A program made the position numbers and the translations under genes. The notes under the pieces were generated by a model that was not told the origin of the DNA, did not search any database, and saw only the letters and a program-made list of their open reading frames with translations. Positions 1-9,213 of a stretch of DNA of 47,670 nucleotides are shown here, in pieces. Positions within the stretch are counted from its first letter, which is position 1. Each line of letters begins with the position of its first letter. The stretch comes from Oligoflexales bacterium (GTDB taxonomy: Bacteria; Bdellovibrionota_B; Oligoflexia; Oligoflexales; CAIYRB01), in the NCBI GenBank assembly GCA_041736175.1, contig JBGSUI010000102.1, positions 1 through 47,670 on the forward strand, given 5' to 3'.

Positions 1-209
1 TATTCAAAAAATCTGCGGCATAGTATTGTATCGAGATTTAGTGGTTGTCGGACGCCATTGTAGGGCTTTTATATATTAATTTATGCTAGAAAACTTTGTT
101 TTTTGATCCTTTTTGTTCAATTCTTTGCAAGATCTAAGTAAAAGAATTCAATCAGCTTAAACAACGTGGTTTTGTCGAAGGGAGAGGAGCTTCATTCGAA
201 AGGGGAGGG

Positions 210-587
210 TTGATTAAAAACTTTAGCTACACATTTTGGCATCAGTGGTTAGTGACAATAAAATTAGATTCAGCAGCAAAAGCCCTCATATTTGACATTC
301 ATCACTATGAAAAAGAAGATCATTTTTACAAATTCCACTACCACCCTGATGTAACTCCACCTATAGGAGGATGGATTTGTGACGCTTGCTACGAAGTAGC
401 TCCTCACTTTCACATTGGTCAAAATGTAAAGTTGATGGCAAATGATTTCGCAATCTCATCCATTGCTTTTTTAGCTTTCGTTGCATCCTGGCACCATGGG
501 GCAGAACAAGAGTTTATTAGATTTAAGCGTTTTGTCCAAAAACAATATGCTTTATATGGCCTAAGCATATCATCTATTTGTATTTAA
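210..587 (+). CDS. hypothetical protein
   Basis: 125-aa ORF with GGAGGG SD-like sequence just upstream of TTG; no recognisable family. Confidence 0.45.
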   Translation: MIKNFSYTFWHQWLVTIKLDSAAKALIFDIHHYEKEDHFYKFHYHPDVTPPIGGWICDACYEVAPHFHIGQNVKLMANDFAISSIAFLAFVASWHHGAEQEFIRFKRFVQKQYALYGLSISSICI

Positions 588-735
588 TCTAATTATAATA
601 AATGGATAGGCCTGGCAGGAACCGCCTAAAATTGCTCGGTATCAAAAATTTATAGGAGATTAAATATGCCTAGTGAAATTCCCAATCAAGCACCATATCC
701 TGCTTGATCAGCAGTAAATCCTGGTCACCACGTCT

Positions 736-1665
736 CTACATATCGCGATCGACATTCTTGTCGAATTCCATAAGCCAACGAATGGTCGAAGAGCGATCCA
801 AAGTCTCAAATAGGGAAAATTTCGCAACTTCGTATTTCATTTTTTCGTTACCTGCAGTAGCGACACCGACTAAATAATGTTTGCCATCGCGATAGACTGT
901 CGCAGGACCTCCAGAATCTCCGGACAATGTTCCAGCGCTACGAGCACCTGTGAGCAGGCAAAAAAAATTAACTGAACTTTCAAGTTCTGGCATCTTATAA
1001 CATGTGCTGCGGTTACCAAATTGATTGCGAAGCATTGCTGCGTAACATGTTTCTGCGGACTGAGCAATTCCTTCGCCGTAAAATAATTTTTCGTAAGATC
1101 TTGGTGTTATAGAAATACCATATCCAAAAAATGATATTGGACCGCCTGGAATTCTTAAGTGGTTAAGCTCATTTTTAACCAAAACTAATTTAGGGAGTGA
1201 TCCATAAATTGAGGGAGTTACTGGATCGAGTAATTCAATGAGACCAAGATCAAATTTTTTAGGTATGATCATATCTAGGTCGCTTTTATAGTCAGGATGA
1301 ACTGTTGTCCTCTTGACTCGATAAGCGAATTCTTGGTTAGTTTTAAAGTCAAAGGCGTAAACTTCGATATCATTTGGGTCAATCAATTTAGAAGATTCTT
1401 TGCCATACAAACAGTGCGCTGCTGTCAAAACTTTAGTCGGTTTATATAAACTCCCAGTGCATTTATATCTATTACCTTTTTGTACCATTATAATTTTTAC
1501 GATCCAGTTAATCTGATCAGTTCCAGGCGCCGGATCAGTCATTGGGTCGCGTCCATGATCGATATTTATTTGGGAATTGGATTTAATGCTAGGCTTTACA
1601 CATGACATCAATGAGATAAAAACAAAAAACTTAAGTGTTAATTTGCAAAATAATTTCCTGATCAT
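736..1665 (-). CDS. secreted/lipoprotein trypsin-like serine protease (S1)
   Basis: CTGSL..VLTAAHC (His), DLGLIEL (Asp), GDSGGP (Ser); hydrophobic N-terminus ending SLMSC. Confidence 0.92.
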   Translation of the reverse strand: MIRKLFCKLTLKFFVFISLMSCVKPSIKSNSQINIDHGRDPMTDPAPGTDQINWIVKIIMVQKGNRYKCTGSLYKPTKVLTAAHCLYGKESSKLIDPNDIEVYAFDFKTNQEFAYRVKRTTVHPDYKSDLDMIIPKKFDLGLIELLDPVTPSIYGSLPKLVLVKNELNHLRIPGGPISFFGYGISITPRSYEKLFYGEGIAQSAETCYAAMLRNQFGNRSTCYKMPELESSVNFFCLLTGARSAGTLSGDSGGPATVYRDGKHYLVGVATAGNEKMKYEVAKFSLFETLDRSSTIRWLMEFDKNVDRDM

Positions 1666-1723
1666 GGTACGTCTAACATCCTCTTACAGGATCGTAGTTG
1701 ATTCTTCGTGCATGAAATCTACA

Positions 1724-1739
1724 TGCAACAACTATGCCG
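1724..1739 (-). promoter_or_regulatory. sigma54-type promoter of S1 protease
   Basis: minus strand CGGCATAGTTGTTGCA, GG-N10-GC, about 60 nt upstream of ATG. Confidence 0.65.
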
Positions 1740-1801
1740 AGTCCTTAGTGGTGAGGATCCACTTAGCGGATAGCTCAAAACAAAAGCCTGCGCTACCAAT
1801 G

Positions 1802-3706
1802 TTAGGGAAGCGTCAGCTGGTAGAGCTCATCAAAAAAAGTACCCTTTTTGGTGTTATCTAAGACAGTGTCTCCAGCGTACATAAAAACCTTCTGATCTAC
1901 AGCCACTGCTTGCGTGCCCCAGCGTGGGGATGGAGCACCGGCGAGGCTAAGATGTTGCCACTGATTGGTTTCGGGGTTGTAGATGGCACCCATCTGGTTA
2001 AAACCACCGTTCCCGTTCCTCCCACCCCACACCAAGAGATATTGACCGGTCCACAGGGAGGTTTCGGAGAGAAAGGCAAAGGGTGCGTTTGACTCATCAA
2101 CCGGCGTCCATGTGTCAGTCTGGGGATCGTAGACGCCACCATTTGCAGCAGTTGAAAAACCCACATATCCACCCCAAACAACCAATTTTTTGCCTGTCCA
2201 CGCGCATGTATGCCCAAACCGCGGTGCGGGTTGCATCTTGTCTGACATGGGCTTCCACTCCATGGATTTTGGATCAAAAATCTCACCCTGATTGATAAGG
2301 AGTGAATCCTGGTCAGGCATCTTGCGAATGCCACCAAAAACCAGGAGTTGACTTCCAGTCCAAACAGCACAATGTAAACTCCGATGGGTTGATGGTGTCC
2401 CCGAAAGGGGTGTCCAAACCTGTGTGAGGGGATCGAAGATGCCGCCGTTTCCGAGAGTCGCTGCGGCTTTATCCTCGATGCTAGGTCGATCGACGCCACC
2501 CCAGATAAGGACAGAGGTCCCGATGGGAGTGAGGGTATGACCATACCTTGGTGATGGAGCATTAGAGGTTGCAATCGTCGTCCACGTATTGTCGCTGGGA
2601 CTATAGAAAGCCCCTGTCCCAAAATTTTTAGAATAATCATAGGTGTATTTATTAAAGTCTCGTCCACCCCAAATCACAAGATGGGTCCCGGTCCAAGTCC
2701 CTGATGCCCTTCGCGGTTCCAGTAGTCCGGGGCTAGGTAGTTTTTGCCAGGTTTTTTGCTCCAGTTTGTAGATCCAGCCATCATTGGCAAATCCCTGAGA
2801 GGTTGCGCCGCCCCACACCAAGATTCCATTTGGTGTTGCAGCCATAACAACCTCGCTCCGTGGCGAAGGACTCGGAGCACCCGCCCCCTTCACGACAGAC
2901 CATTGACCAGTTGGGTTGGGGCTGTAAATAAAATCATAATTAGCAAGTTTCTTATCGACCAAAGAACGATATTTGTTGCCTTTTTTATCAATACCATTCA
3001 ACTGCAGCTGGTATTTTCCAGGATTTATGCCTTGAATCTCAAAAGTCATCACCGGACCTGTTGGCGGAATCTCTTTGTATTCGCGCACCAGACTGCCCTT
3101 ACTATCTAGGATGATCACTTCATAGTGGGCAGCATCTGCCATTTCGGTCCATGAAATCTTTGTTGGTCCGACCACGAGACTGGGAAGCGGTGGGACTAGG
3201 CTAAATTTAAAACTAGAGTTCGCACTAAAATCCAGATTTAACGGACTATTTTCTGCTGAAACTTCCTTTTGGTCTGTCGTGACCGCTTTCAGGCAAGCAT
3301 AGACTTTGATGCCGTTTTCGATCAAGACTTCTTTACTATAGGATTGGTCATAAAAAATGCCGATGGACTCGTAACTCTTATAACTGGTCCCACAATCACT
3401 ATCTAAACTGATATTGAGCTTGTATCTCGTGGCAAAAGCAAAAGGAGCCCACGAGAACTTCACAAGCCTCAATCCTGTTTTCGGATCCAGGTCACCAGTA
3501 TCTACCTTTAAGGTCCAGGAGCCTTCGGGGGCATTGGGAACTTTAAAGGGACTAAAGGTAGCATTTGCTCCTCCACTCCCAACACCAAGAGCCCTCTCAC
3601 CGCAAACTCCATCACCTGCACAGCGAAGATCCTTAGTGCCAGAAGATTTTGATCCTGAACAGCCTAAAACGGCAGAAAATATTGATAGTAACAAAACTTT
3701 TTTCAT
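1802..3706 (-). CDS. Kelch-repeat beta-propeller lipoprotein with N-terminal FN3/Ig-like domains
   Basis: lipobox VLGC; about 7 repeats of PSPRxxH..WTG..vWGG..G.iYdP.t.tW. Confidence 0.88.
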   Translation of the reverse strand: MKKVLLLSIFSAVLGCSGSKSSGTKDLRCAGDGVCGERALGVGSGGANATFSPFKVPNAPEGSWTLKVDTGDLDPKTGLRLVKFSWAPFAFATRYKLNISLDSDCGTSYKSYESIGIFYDQSYSKEVLIENGIKVYACLKAVTTDQKEVSAENSPLNLDFSANSSFKFSLVPPLPSLVVGPTKISWTEMADAAHYEVIILDSKGSLVREYKEIPPTGPVMTFEIQGINPGKYQLQLNGIDKKGNKYRSLVDKKLANYDFIYSPNPTGQWSVVKGAGAPSPSPRSEVVMAATPNGILVWGGATSQGFANDGWIYKLEQKTWQKLPSPGLLEPRRASGTWTGTHLVIWGGRDFNKYTYDYSKNFGTGAFYSPSDNTWTTIATSNAPSPRYGHTLTPIGTSVLIWGGVDRPSIEDKAAATLGNGGIFDPLTQVWTPLSGTPSTHRSLHCAVWTGSQLLVFGGIRKMPDQDSLLINQGEIFDPKSMEWKPMSDKMQPAPRFGHTCAWTGKKLVVWGGYVGFSTAANGGVYDPQTDTWTPVDESNAPFAFLSETSLWTGQYLLVWGGRNGNGGFNQMGAIYNPETNQWQHLSLAGAPSPRWGTQAVAVDQKVFMYAGDTVLDNTKKGTFFDELYQLTLP

Positions 3707-3733
3707 TTAATTCGCGAGCCTCCCATCACAGAC

Positions 3734-3761
3734 TTATCGGTCTGAGGTGCCCAAGACTTAA
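3734..3761 (-). promoter_or_regulatory. sigma28 (FliA)-type promoter of Kelch gene
   Basis: minus strand TTAAG-N16-CCGATAA. Confidence 0.65.
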
Positions 3762-4052
3762 AATTTTTTTAAAATTGTTAAAAAATGATCTATACCATTT
3801 AAATTACAAATAGTTACCTATATGACCTGATTTTGATTTATCGCGCTGGTCCGCCAAAATTTACTTATGTGTCAACATTTAGATCGACTGTCTATTTCCT
3901 AGACAGTCTTCGGGGATGGTTTTGACTAAAATAATTACAATCAAGTGTGTAACATTTACGCGCTGTCTAATAGGTAATCAGCGACCATCCTTAAATTTTT
4001 TCGGTATCTAGTCCTGTTGTCACCTAAAGTCTATGCATCTGGCTCGCCAAGC

Positions 4053-4068
4053 TGGCTCAATCGTTGCT
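4053..4068 (+). promoter_or_regulatory. sigma54-type promoter of GH6 gene
   Basis: TGGCTCAATCGTTGCT, GG-N10-GC. Confidence 0.7.
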
Positions 4069-4134
4069 ATAACGGTTTTAGTCCTCCTCTAAACAAGCAG
4101 GAGGACTTTTGCTCAAACACTTGAGGAGGAACTC

Positions 4135-5604
4135 ATGATTTTTTGTGCCTTCAAACAAACCCGATGGCTTCTAGGCTCCCTAGGGGTATTGACGACTCTC
4201 TTTGGGGTCGGTTGTGGGTCAAACAACCAACGCAAACAATTAAGAACCAACGACAGCAATCTATCGACTTTAAATATCGGTGGCCTCCCCGGCGAATGGG
4301 CCAAGATGGAAGTGACCTTTGAGTCAACGGCTAAAAAATCTCCGGACCAAAAATACTCCTATAATCGGGATGCTTTTGGTACAGATGGAGCCAACGATGC
4401 CAATGTCACCGTCGTCCAAGACAAGTATTATATCGCTCTTGTCTATAGCGATAGCGGTGGCAAGATTAAATTCAAAAATTGCACCGATCCTAAACAAACA
4501 GTCCATGATCTCATCGGCAAAAAGGAATACCAAGCAGCGATCCCTGTGTGCGCTGAAAAATCTGACGTCCCTGTCGGCCAGGTCACCGTCAATCAATCTG
4601 CGACAGTCGTTATCAAACCTGTGACCGAACAGTCCGAGGCCACGCCCCCAAATAATCCACCCCAGGACAAAAACCCCGGTGAGCCGCTCATCACCCAAAT
4701 GATTCCCAATCAGGCAAAATTTTGGGTTGATCCTTACTCCCAAGCGATGTCCGAAGCCAAAAATCTTAGAGCAAAAAACGATCCTAGAGCCTCCAAGGTA
4801 GAGTATATTGCTAACCAGTCTGCTGGAGTATGGTATGGACCTTGGAGCGGTGACATCAAACAGGCCGTTAGCCAACAGGTCAAAGGTGCTCTCGACACTG
4901 ATAGTTGGTCTGTGATGATCCCCTACAATATACCCTATCGGGATTGCGGTCAGCATTCGGCTGGGGGGCTTAAAGCCGATGAGTATCGACGATGGATCTC
5001 TGATTTAGCTTCGGCGATTGGCAATGCTAAGACGATTATCGTCTTAGAGCCTGACTCCCTGGCCCTACAGCGATGTCTTAACGATGAGACCCGTAAGGAA
5101 CGATCAAGCCTACTTAAAGAGGCCGTTGCCAAATTAAAATCCAACAAAAACACCTTAGTCTATCTTGATGCAGGCCATTCTAATTTTGCAACTGTCGAAG
5201 AGATCGTACCCAGACTTAAAGAGGCTGGGATCGAACAAGCTGATGGCTTTGCGCTAAATGTGTCCAACTACCAAACCACAGAATCAAATGTCATCTATGG
5301 AACCAAAGTCAGCGATCAGGTCGGGAAAAAAACCTTTGTGATCGACACCAGCCGAAACGGCAACGGACCACGGGGTGATCAATGGTGTAACCCCCGAGGT
5401 CGAGCCCTTGGCCAGTTGCCCACGGCTAATACCGGAGTCGACAGGGTCGCTGCCTACCTCTGGCTCAAACGCCCCGGTGAATCCGACGGCCATTGCGAGA
5501 ACGGCAACGACAGCAGCGGCCAAAATCGTCAAGATATCCCTGCAGCCGGAGCTTGGTGGACGGATCTTGCCGTGGAACAAGCCCAAAATGCTGGGGTTAA
5601 CTAA
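4135..5604 (+). CDS. glycoside hydrolase family 6 (cellulase/endoglucanase) lipoprotein
   Basis: YNIPYRDC, LEPDSL, YLDAGH, GFALNVSNY, FVIDTSRNG, WCNP, WLKRPGESDG; lipobox-like GVGC; strong SD GAGGAGG. Confidence 0.93.
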   Translation: MIFCAFKQTRWLLGSLGVLTTLFGVGCGSNNQRKQLRTNDSNLSTLNIGGLPGEWAKMEVTFESTAKKSPDQKYSYNRDAFGTDGANDANVTVVQDKYYIALVYSDSGGKIKFKNCTDPKQTVHDLIGKKEYQAAIPVCAEKSDVPVGQVTVNQSATVVIKPVTEQSEATPPNNPPQDKNPGEPLITQMIPNQAKFWVDPYSQAMSEAKNLRAKNDPRASKVEYIANQSAGVWYGPWSGDIKQAVSQQVKGALDTDSWSVMIPYNIPYRDCGQHSAGGLKADEYRRWISDLASAIGNAKTIIVLEPDSLALQRCLNDETRKERSSLLKEAVAKLKSNKNTLVYLDAGHSNFATVEEIVPRLKEAGIEQADGFALNVSNYQTTESNVIYGTKVSDQVGKKTFVIDTSRNGNGPRGDQWCNPRGRALGQLPTANTGVDRVAAYLWLKRPGESDGHCENGNDSSGQNRQDIPAAGAWWTDLAVEQAQNAGVN

Positions 5605-5615
5605 CCTTCGTCTTT

Positions 5616-5653
5616 TTAAGGGGCCCAACACCAAACGTGTTGGGCCCTTTTAA
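5616..5653. terminator. intrinsic terminator between convergent genes (likely bidirectional)
   Basis: 11-bp perfect stem GGGCCCAACAC/GTGTTGGGCCC, 5-nt loop, followed by TTTT. Confidence 0.85.
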
Positions 5654-5665
5654 CGTTTACAAACG

Positions 5666-6148
5666 CTAGGCACAATCCAAAAACAAAAAATGGTCTTCCA
5701 CTGTGATCTGGGGAAAGCTGAGACTCTTGCAGTTTGGGCAAGGTGTTGGCTCTAAATTAATATCATTGAGGTTTTTTGCTAACTTTTCGATGACTGCAAT
5801 CATTTCGTGATTTCTCCGGCATTTTTGGCATTCGTAGGGAATCACTATGGATTTAATCCTCTTCATATTGCCGGTAGCCGACACCATATCAGGGATCATA
5901 TTGACTGCATCGATAAACTGCGGTGAACATTCAAAAAACTCTAACGGAGCCACTCCAAGGCTTTTAATAAACAAAATCCACTTACGAATACCCTGGCTGT
6001 TGAGGGAATTCACGTGCCTTAGATTGAGCTTTAAAGGTGGCCCCATGGCGACGAGGGGGCTGTAGTCAGAAAACTCATCAATATATCCATATAGATAGAT
6101 GGTTTTTCCGGCTTTTTTATAGGTTATACCTAGTTCTTTTTGCTGCAT
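5666..6148 (-). CDS. STAS-like (anti-sigma antagonist-like) protein with C-terminal zinc ribbon
   Basis: LYGYIDE..LNLRHVNSLNSQGIRKW STAS-like motif; CQKC...CPNC; start set at ATG 6148 behind GGAG because the upstream extension overlaps a promoter motif. Confidence 0.75.
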   Translation of the reverse strand: MQQKELGITYKKAGKTIYLYGYIDEFSDYSPLVAMGPPLKLNLRHVNSLNSQGIRKWILFIKSLGVAPLEFFECSPQFIDAVNMIPDMVSATGNMKRIKSIVIPYECQKCRRNHEMIAVIEKLAKNLNDINLEPTPCPNCKSLSFPQITVEDHFLFLDCA

Positions 6149-6165
6149 AAGAATCTCCAAGGAGA

Positions 6166-6192
6166 CTATCGGCACAACTGGAATCAACTTGA
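6166..6192 (-). promoter_or_regulatory. sigma28-type promoter of STAS/Zn-ribbon gene
   Basis: minus strand TCAAG-N14-GCCGATAG. Confidence 0.65.
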
Positions 6193-6258
6193 CATCCTCC
6201 CCGTCATTTTCGGTGGTATCTCTCGCTGATAGCTTGAAAAAAAATAAATCAGATTTGC

Positions 6259-7299
6259 CTATTTATAACGCCAACGCGCACTCCTCCCTTTGCCCAGCGG
6301 TACAATGGTGCCATCCTCTTTGGCTGCGTTGATCACTTTTTTGATGAGTTCACGATCAATATTGGGATGGATGTGACAGATTTCACTTATCGAAAACGAG
6401 TCGTCAAAACTTTTCATTGTTTGACGAATAATTGTGGACATCGTATCACCAGTCTTTGATAATTCGACTCTGGACTTGAGCTCTTGGTATGCCGACTTTA
6501 TAGTCGAGAGGAAATAATGCCACCATGGCTGTAAGTCGTGGTCTGCCTCAAACCAACCCTGGGAAGCGTCTTTCAAAGATTTATAATATTCCACTTTTGT
6601 TTCTTCGATAATGCGCTCTAGACTTATGAATCGCCCTACCTCATAACCATGCTGATTTAGCAATAGCAGAGTTAACAAGCGTGAGACACGCCCGTTGCCG
6701 TCACGAAAAGGATGAATACAAAGAAAATCAAAGACGAAGTTTGCAATGGCTATCAGGTCTGGCAGTTGATTATTTCTAATCACATCTTGATATGCAATAC
6801 AAAGTTGGGCAACGTACCGTTGTACATCCTCTGGTCGCACTGGCCTAAACCGCACTATCCGTTCGCCATTGGACTGCAGCTCGACTATATCATTATTGCG
6901 CTTTTTCCACTTTCCAGCATCCCCGATCAAGCCACCTTGTGCCAGTTCATGAAGCCTACAAATAACATCTGGGGTCATATCCAATTTCTGGTAATGACTG
7001 TGAATGTAATTGAGCGCTTTTCGATACCCAACGATCTCCTCCTCCGACCGGTCTCGTGGCCGGGCCCTACCAAGTACTAATGGCGCCAGCCTATCGCGAG
7101 ATACCTCCACGCCTTCAATCCTGTTGGATGATTCCGTGCTTTGCACGATTGCAGACTCACGTAATCTCGACAGAATCTCAGGTCTCATCGTTGTCCACAT
7201 GATTTGCATACCACGGGCTTCCGTACATTGTGAGATAAACCAAGTCGTCACTGGACTGAATGCAACGGTTGCAAGCTTGCTATGCTGAAATGAATGCAT
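6259..7299 (-). CDS. Fic family protein with C-terminal winged HTH
   Basis: canonical HPFRDGNGRVSR; SNRIEG inhibitory-type motif; C-terminal GKGRSARW wing. Confidence 0.93.
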   Translation of the reverse strand: MHSFQHSKLATVAFSPVTTWFISQCTEARGMQIMWTTMRPEILSRLRESAIVQSTESSNRIEGVEVSRDRLAPLVLGRARPRDRSEEEIVGYRKALNYIHSHYQKLDMTPDVICRLHELAQGGLIGDAGKWKKRNNDIVELQSNGERIVRFRPVRPEDVQRYVAQLCIAYQDVIRNNQLPDLIAIANFVFDFLCIHPFRDGNGRVSRLLTLLLLNQHGYEVGRFISLERIIEETKVEYYKSLKDASQGWFEADHDLQPWWHYFLSTIKSAYQELKSRVELSKTGDTMSTIIRQTMKSFDDSFSISEICHIHPNIDRELIKKVINAAKEDGTIVPLGKGRSARWRYK

Positions 7300-7300
7300 C

Positions 7301-7352
7301 AATTCCCCAATAATTACCCAATTAAGAAGCGATTACCCAATAATTCCGCAAA
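7301..7352. repeat. four 11-bp imperfect direct repeats upstream of fic (putative operator)
   Basis: AATTCCCCAAT AATTACCCAAT ... GATTACCCAAT AATTCCGCAAA. Confidence 0.55.
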
Positions 7353-7491
7353 TCATAGAATAACCTAGCTTGTTCTAAAAAACCTAACCAATCTAACACT
7401 ATACAACCTTTTAATGGGGTATACCTAGTACTTTTAGCTCCATGTACCTGTTAAAAGTGCCCATCGACACAAACGAGGTCTTAATGAAATC

Positions 7492-9213
7492 CTAAGAGGG
7501 TCCAAACTTAAAGATGGATTTGGGTAAAGCATATCTCTCGATCAAACTTTTATTTAATTGATTTTTTTTCACAAAAATAATCGCCACTTGGTCCGCATAG
7601 ATGGGGATCCACTCGGAGTCGTTGAGTCGAGCCTTTAAAAAAGTCTGGGCCGCCGGAGTGATATCAAGATAATAAAAGTAAATAGCGTTGAACCGGTATA
7701 AATCCAGTTGTTGTTGCCAAATAGACTGATTTTCTTGCATCGGTACATAGATTTTCTTAAAAAAGTCTGATGGATATGCTTCGGGTCGATTATCTACAAA
7801 GACTCGTTCGGCGGGGAAAAAATGATAGATCAAATAACCGCCGATATCATAGTTATTAAAAAAAGGCCCTTTAAGGCCGATATTTTTAGCAAAAACCGCT
7901 CCTCCTAAGTCCGTACTGACGAGACCCCTTCCAAACGATATTTTTTGGACCTCAATCACCTTGACAAGAGAACGACCATTGATCCAAATACCAAAAACCA
8001 GGGCACCCCCCACTATCGTGGTCTTAAGCCAGACCCATCTCCCAAGACCTTGATTACAGACAAGCCACACTCTGGCCAATAAAGGAATCCCAAAGAGTCC
8101 CGCTAGCGGAAAATTTCTGATTGCTTGAAAGCCAAACACCAAAAACCAAACCCCAAGCAAGACTTCCGCCCGTAAAAGGCTACGGGTATTGCCTATGAAA
8201 CCACAAACCACCATCCCCGCGGCGGCCAAAATAACCAAACCATAATAGCTCTCCATGGCATCGATCTTAAGTGGGTGGCTCCAAAAAAAGGCTACGGACT
8301 GATTCTCAGCCACCAGATAGCCATAATCACTGAGAATTTGTAGGGGATAGAGTATCAATCGAAATCCGATAGGATTGATGAGAGTTGCCAAAAACGAGAC
8401 TAACCCCAGAAATAAAAGTGTGCTTCGACTCTTTAAATAATCGACGATATTAACAATAAATCCCCTTTTATGGACCCATTGGTCAAACAAATCTTCCAGG
8501 ACAAAAAAACCATAGATCAAAAATCCACAGAAAAAATAGATATGGGTATTGGCCCATATCATCAAAACGGCTGGGACAGGAATCAGATAGCTGCTCGATT
8601 GTTTAACGCGTGCCAGCAAAAAGAGAAGGCACAACAAGCCGCAAAAAAAATAGCTAAAACTCTCGGGTCTCACCTCATTGCGACTAAGGACCAATGGCAA
8701 ACAAATCCATGCTAGTACCGCTAGGACTAGAAAATCAAAAGATCTCTTATGTGTGGATGATCTTAAAACCAGCCAGCCGCTGACTAAAAATAGCGCAAAA
8801 GTGCTGCTTTGAATGAGCATCTGAAAGATACTGAGACCCGAAAATCCAAACTCATGTTGGAGCTGGTAGTAAACCCATCCAGACAACCAATGATGGTTTA
8901 TAAAGGAAAACTCTGGGTAGGTGAAGGAATAATGATTCCCGTGGATCACCGGCGCATTTAGACCTAATTTCGATATAATTTCCCCATTTTTTATATGTCG
9001 ACCTAAATCTGCAGTCACAAAAAGGATCGTTCTATAAGTACTTAGACAGACGACAATTCCTACTGCAAGGATGATCGCAAATTCTAGCACTCCAGAGCGC
9101 TGAGGAGGCTGATGGCTTTTTACGGCGGATCTATGCGGCATTTTAGCTACGATCTTCGGGCTTTTCCAGGAGAGCCCTAGGCTCAGGGTAGATTCCGGAT
9201 TTCTTAAAGACAA
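7492..9213 (-). CDS. polytopic membrane protein, GT-C-like glycosyltransferase candidate
   Basis: many TM helices; DLGRHIKNGE, NHHW, RPESFSY, WANTH, VFVDNRPEAY; true start may lie downstream. Confidence 0.65.
   Translation of the reverse strand: MSLRNPESTLSLGLSWKSPKIVAKMPHRSAVKSHQPPQRSGVLEFAIILAVGIVVCLSTYRTILFVTADLGRHIKNGEIISKLGLNAPVIHGNHYSFTYPEFSFINHHWLSGWVYYQLQHEFGFSGLSIFQMLIQSSTFALFLVSGWLVLRSSTHKRSFDFLVLAVLAWICLPLVLSRNEVRPESFSYFFCGLLCLLFLLARVKQSSSYLIPVPAVLMIWANTHIYFFCGFLIYGFFVLEDLFDQWVHKRGFIVNIVDYLKSRSTLLFLGLVSFLATLINPIGFRLILYPLQILSDYGYLVAENQSVAFFWSHPLKIDAMESYYGLVILAAAGMVVCGFIGNTRSLLRAEVLLGVWFLVFGFQAIRNFPLAGLFGIPLLARVWLVCNQGLGRWVWLKTTIVGGALVFGIWINGRSLVKVIEVQKISFGRGLVSTDLGGAVFAKNIGLKGPFFNNYDIGGYLIYHFFPAERVFVDNRPEAYPSDFFKKIYVPMQENQSIWQQQLDLYRFNAIYFYYLDITPAAQTFLKARLNDSEWIPIYADQVAIIFVKKNQLNKSLIERYALPKSIFKFGPS

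Noticed and set aside
1897..2667. 256-aa alternative-frame ORF inside the Kelch gene
   Set aside because: Fully nested in a well-supported gene and has no protein-like motifs
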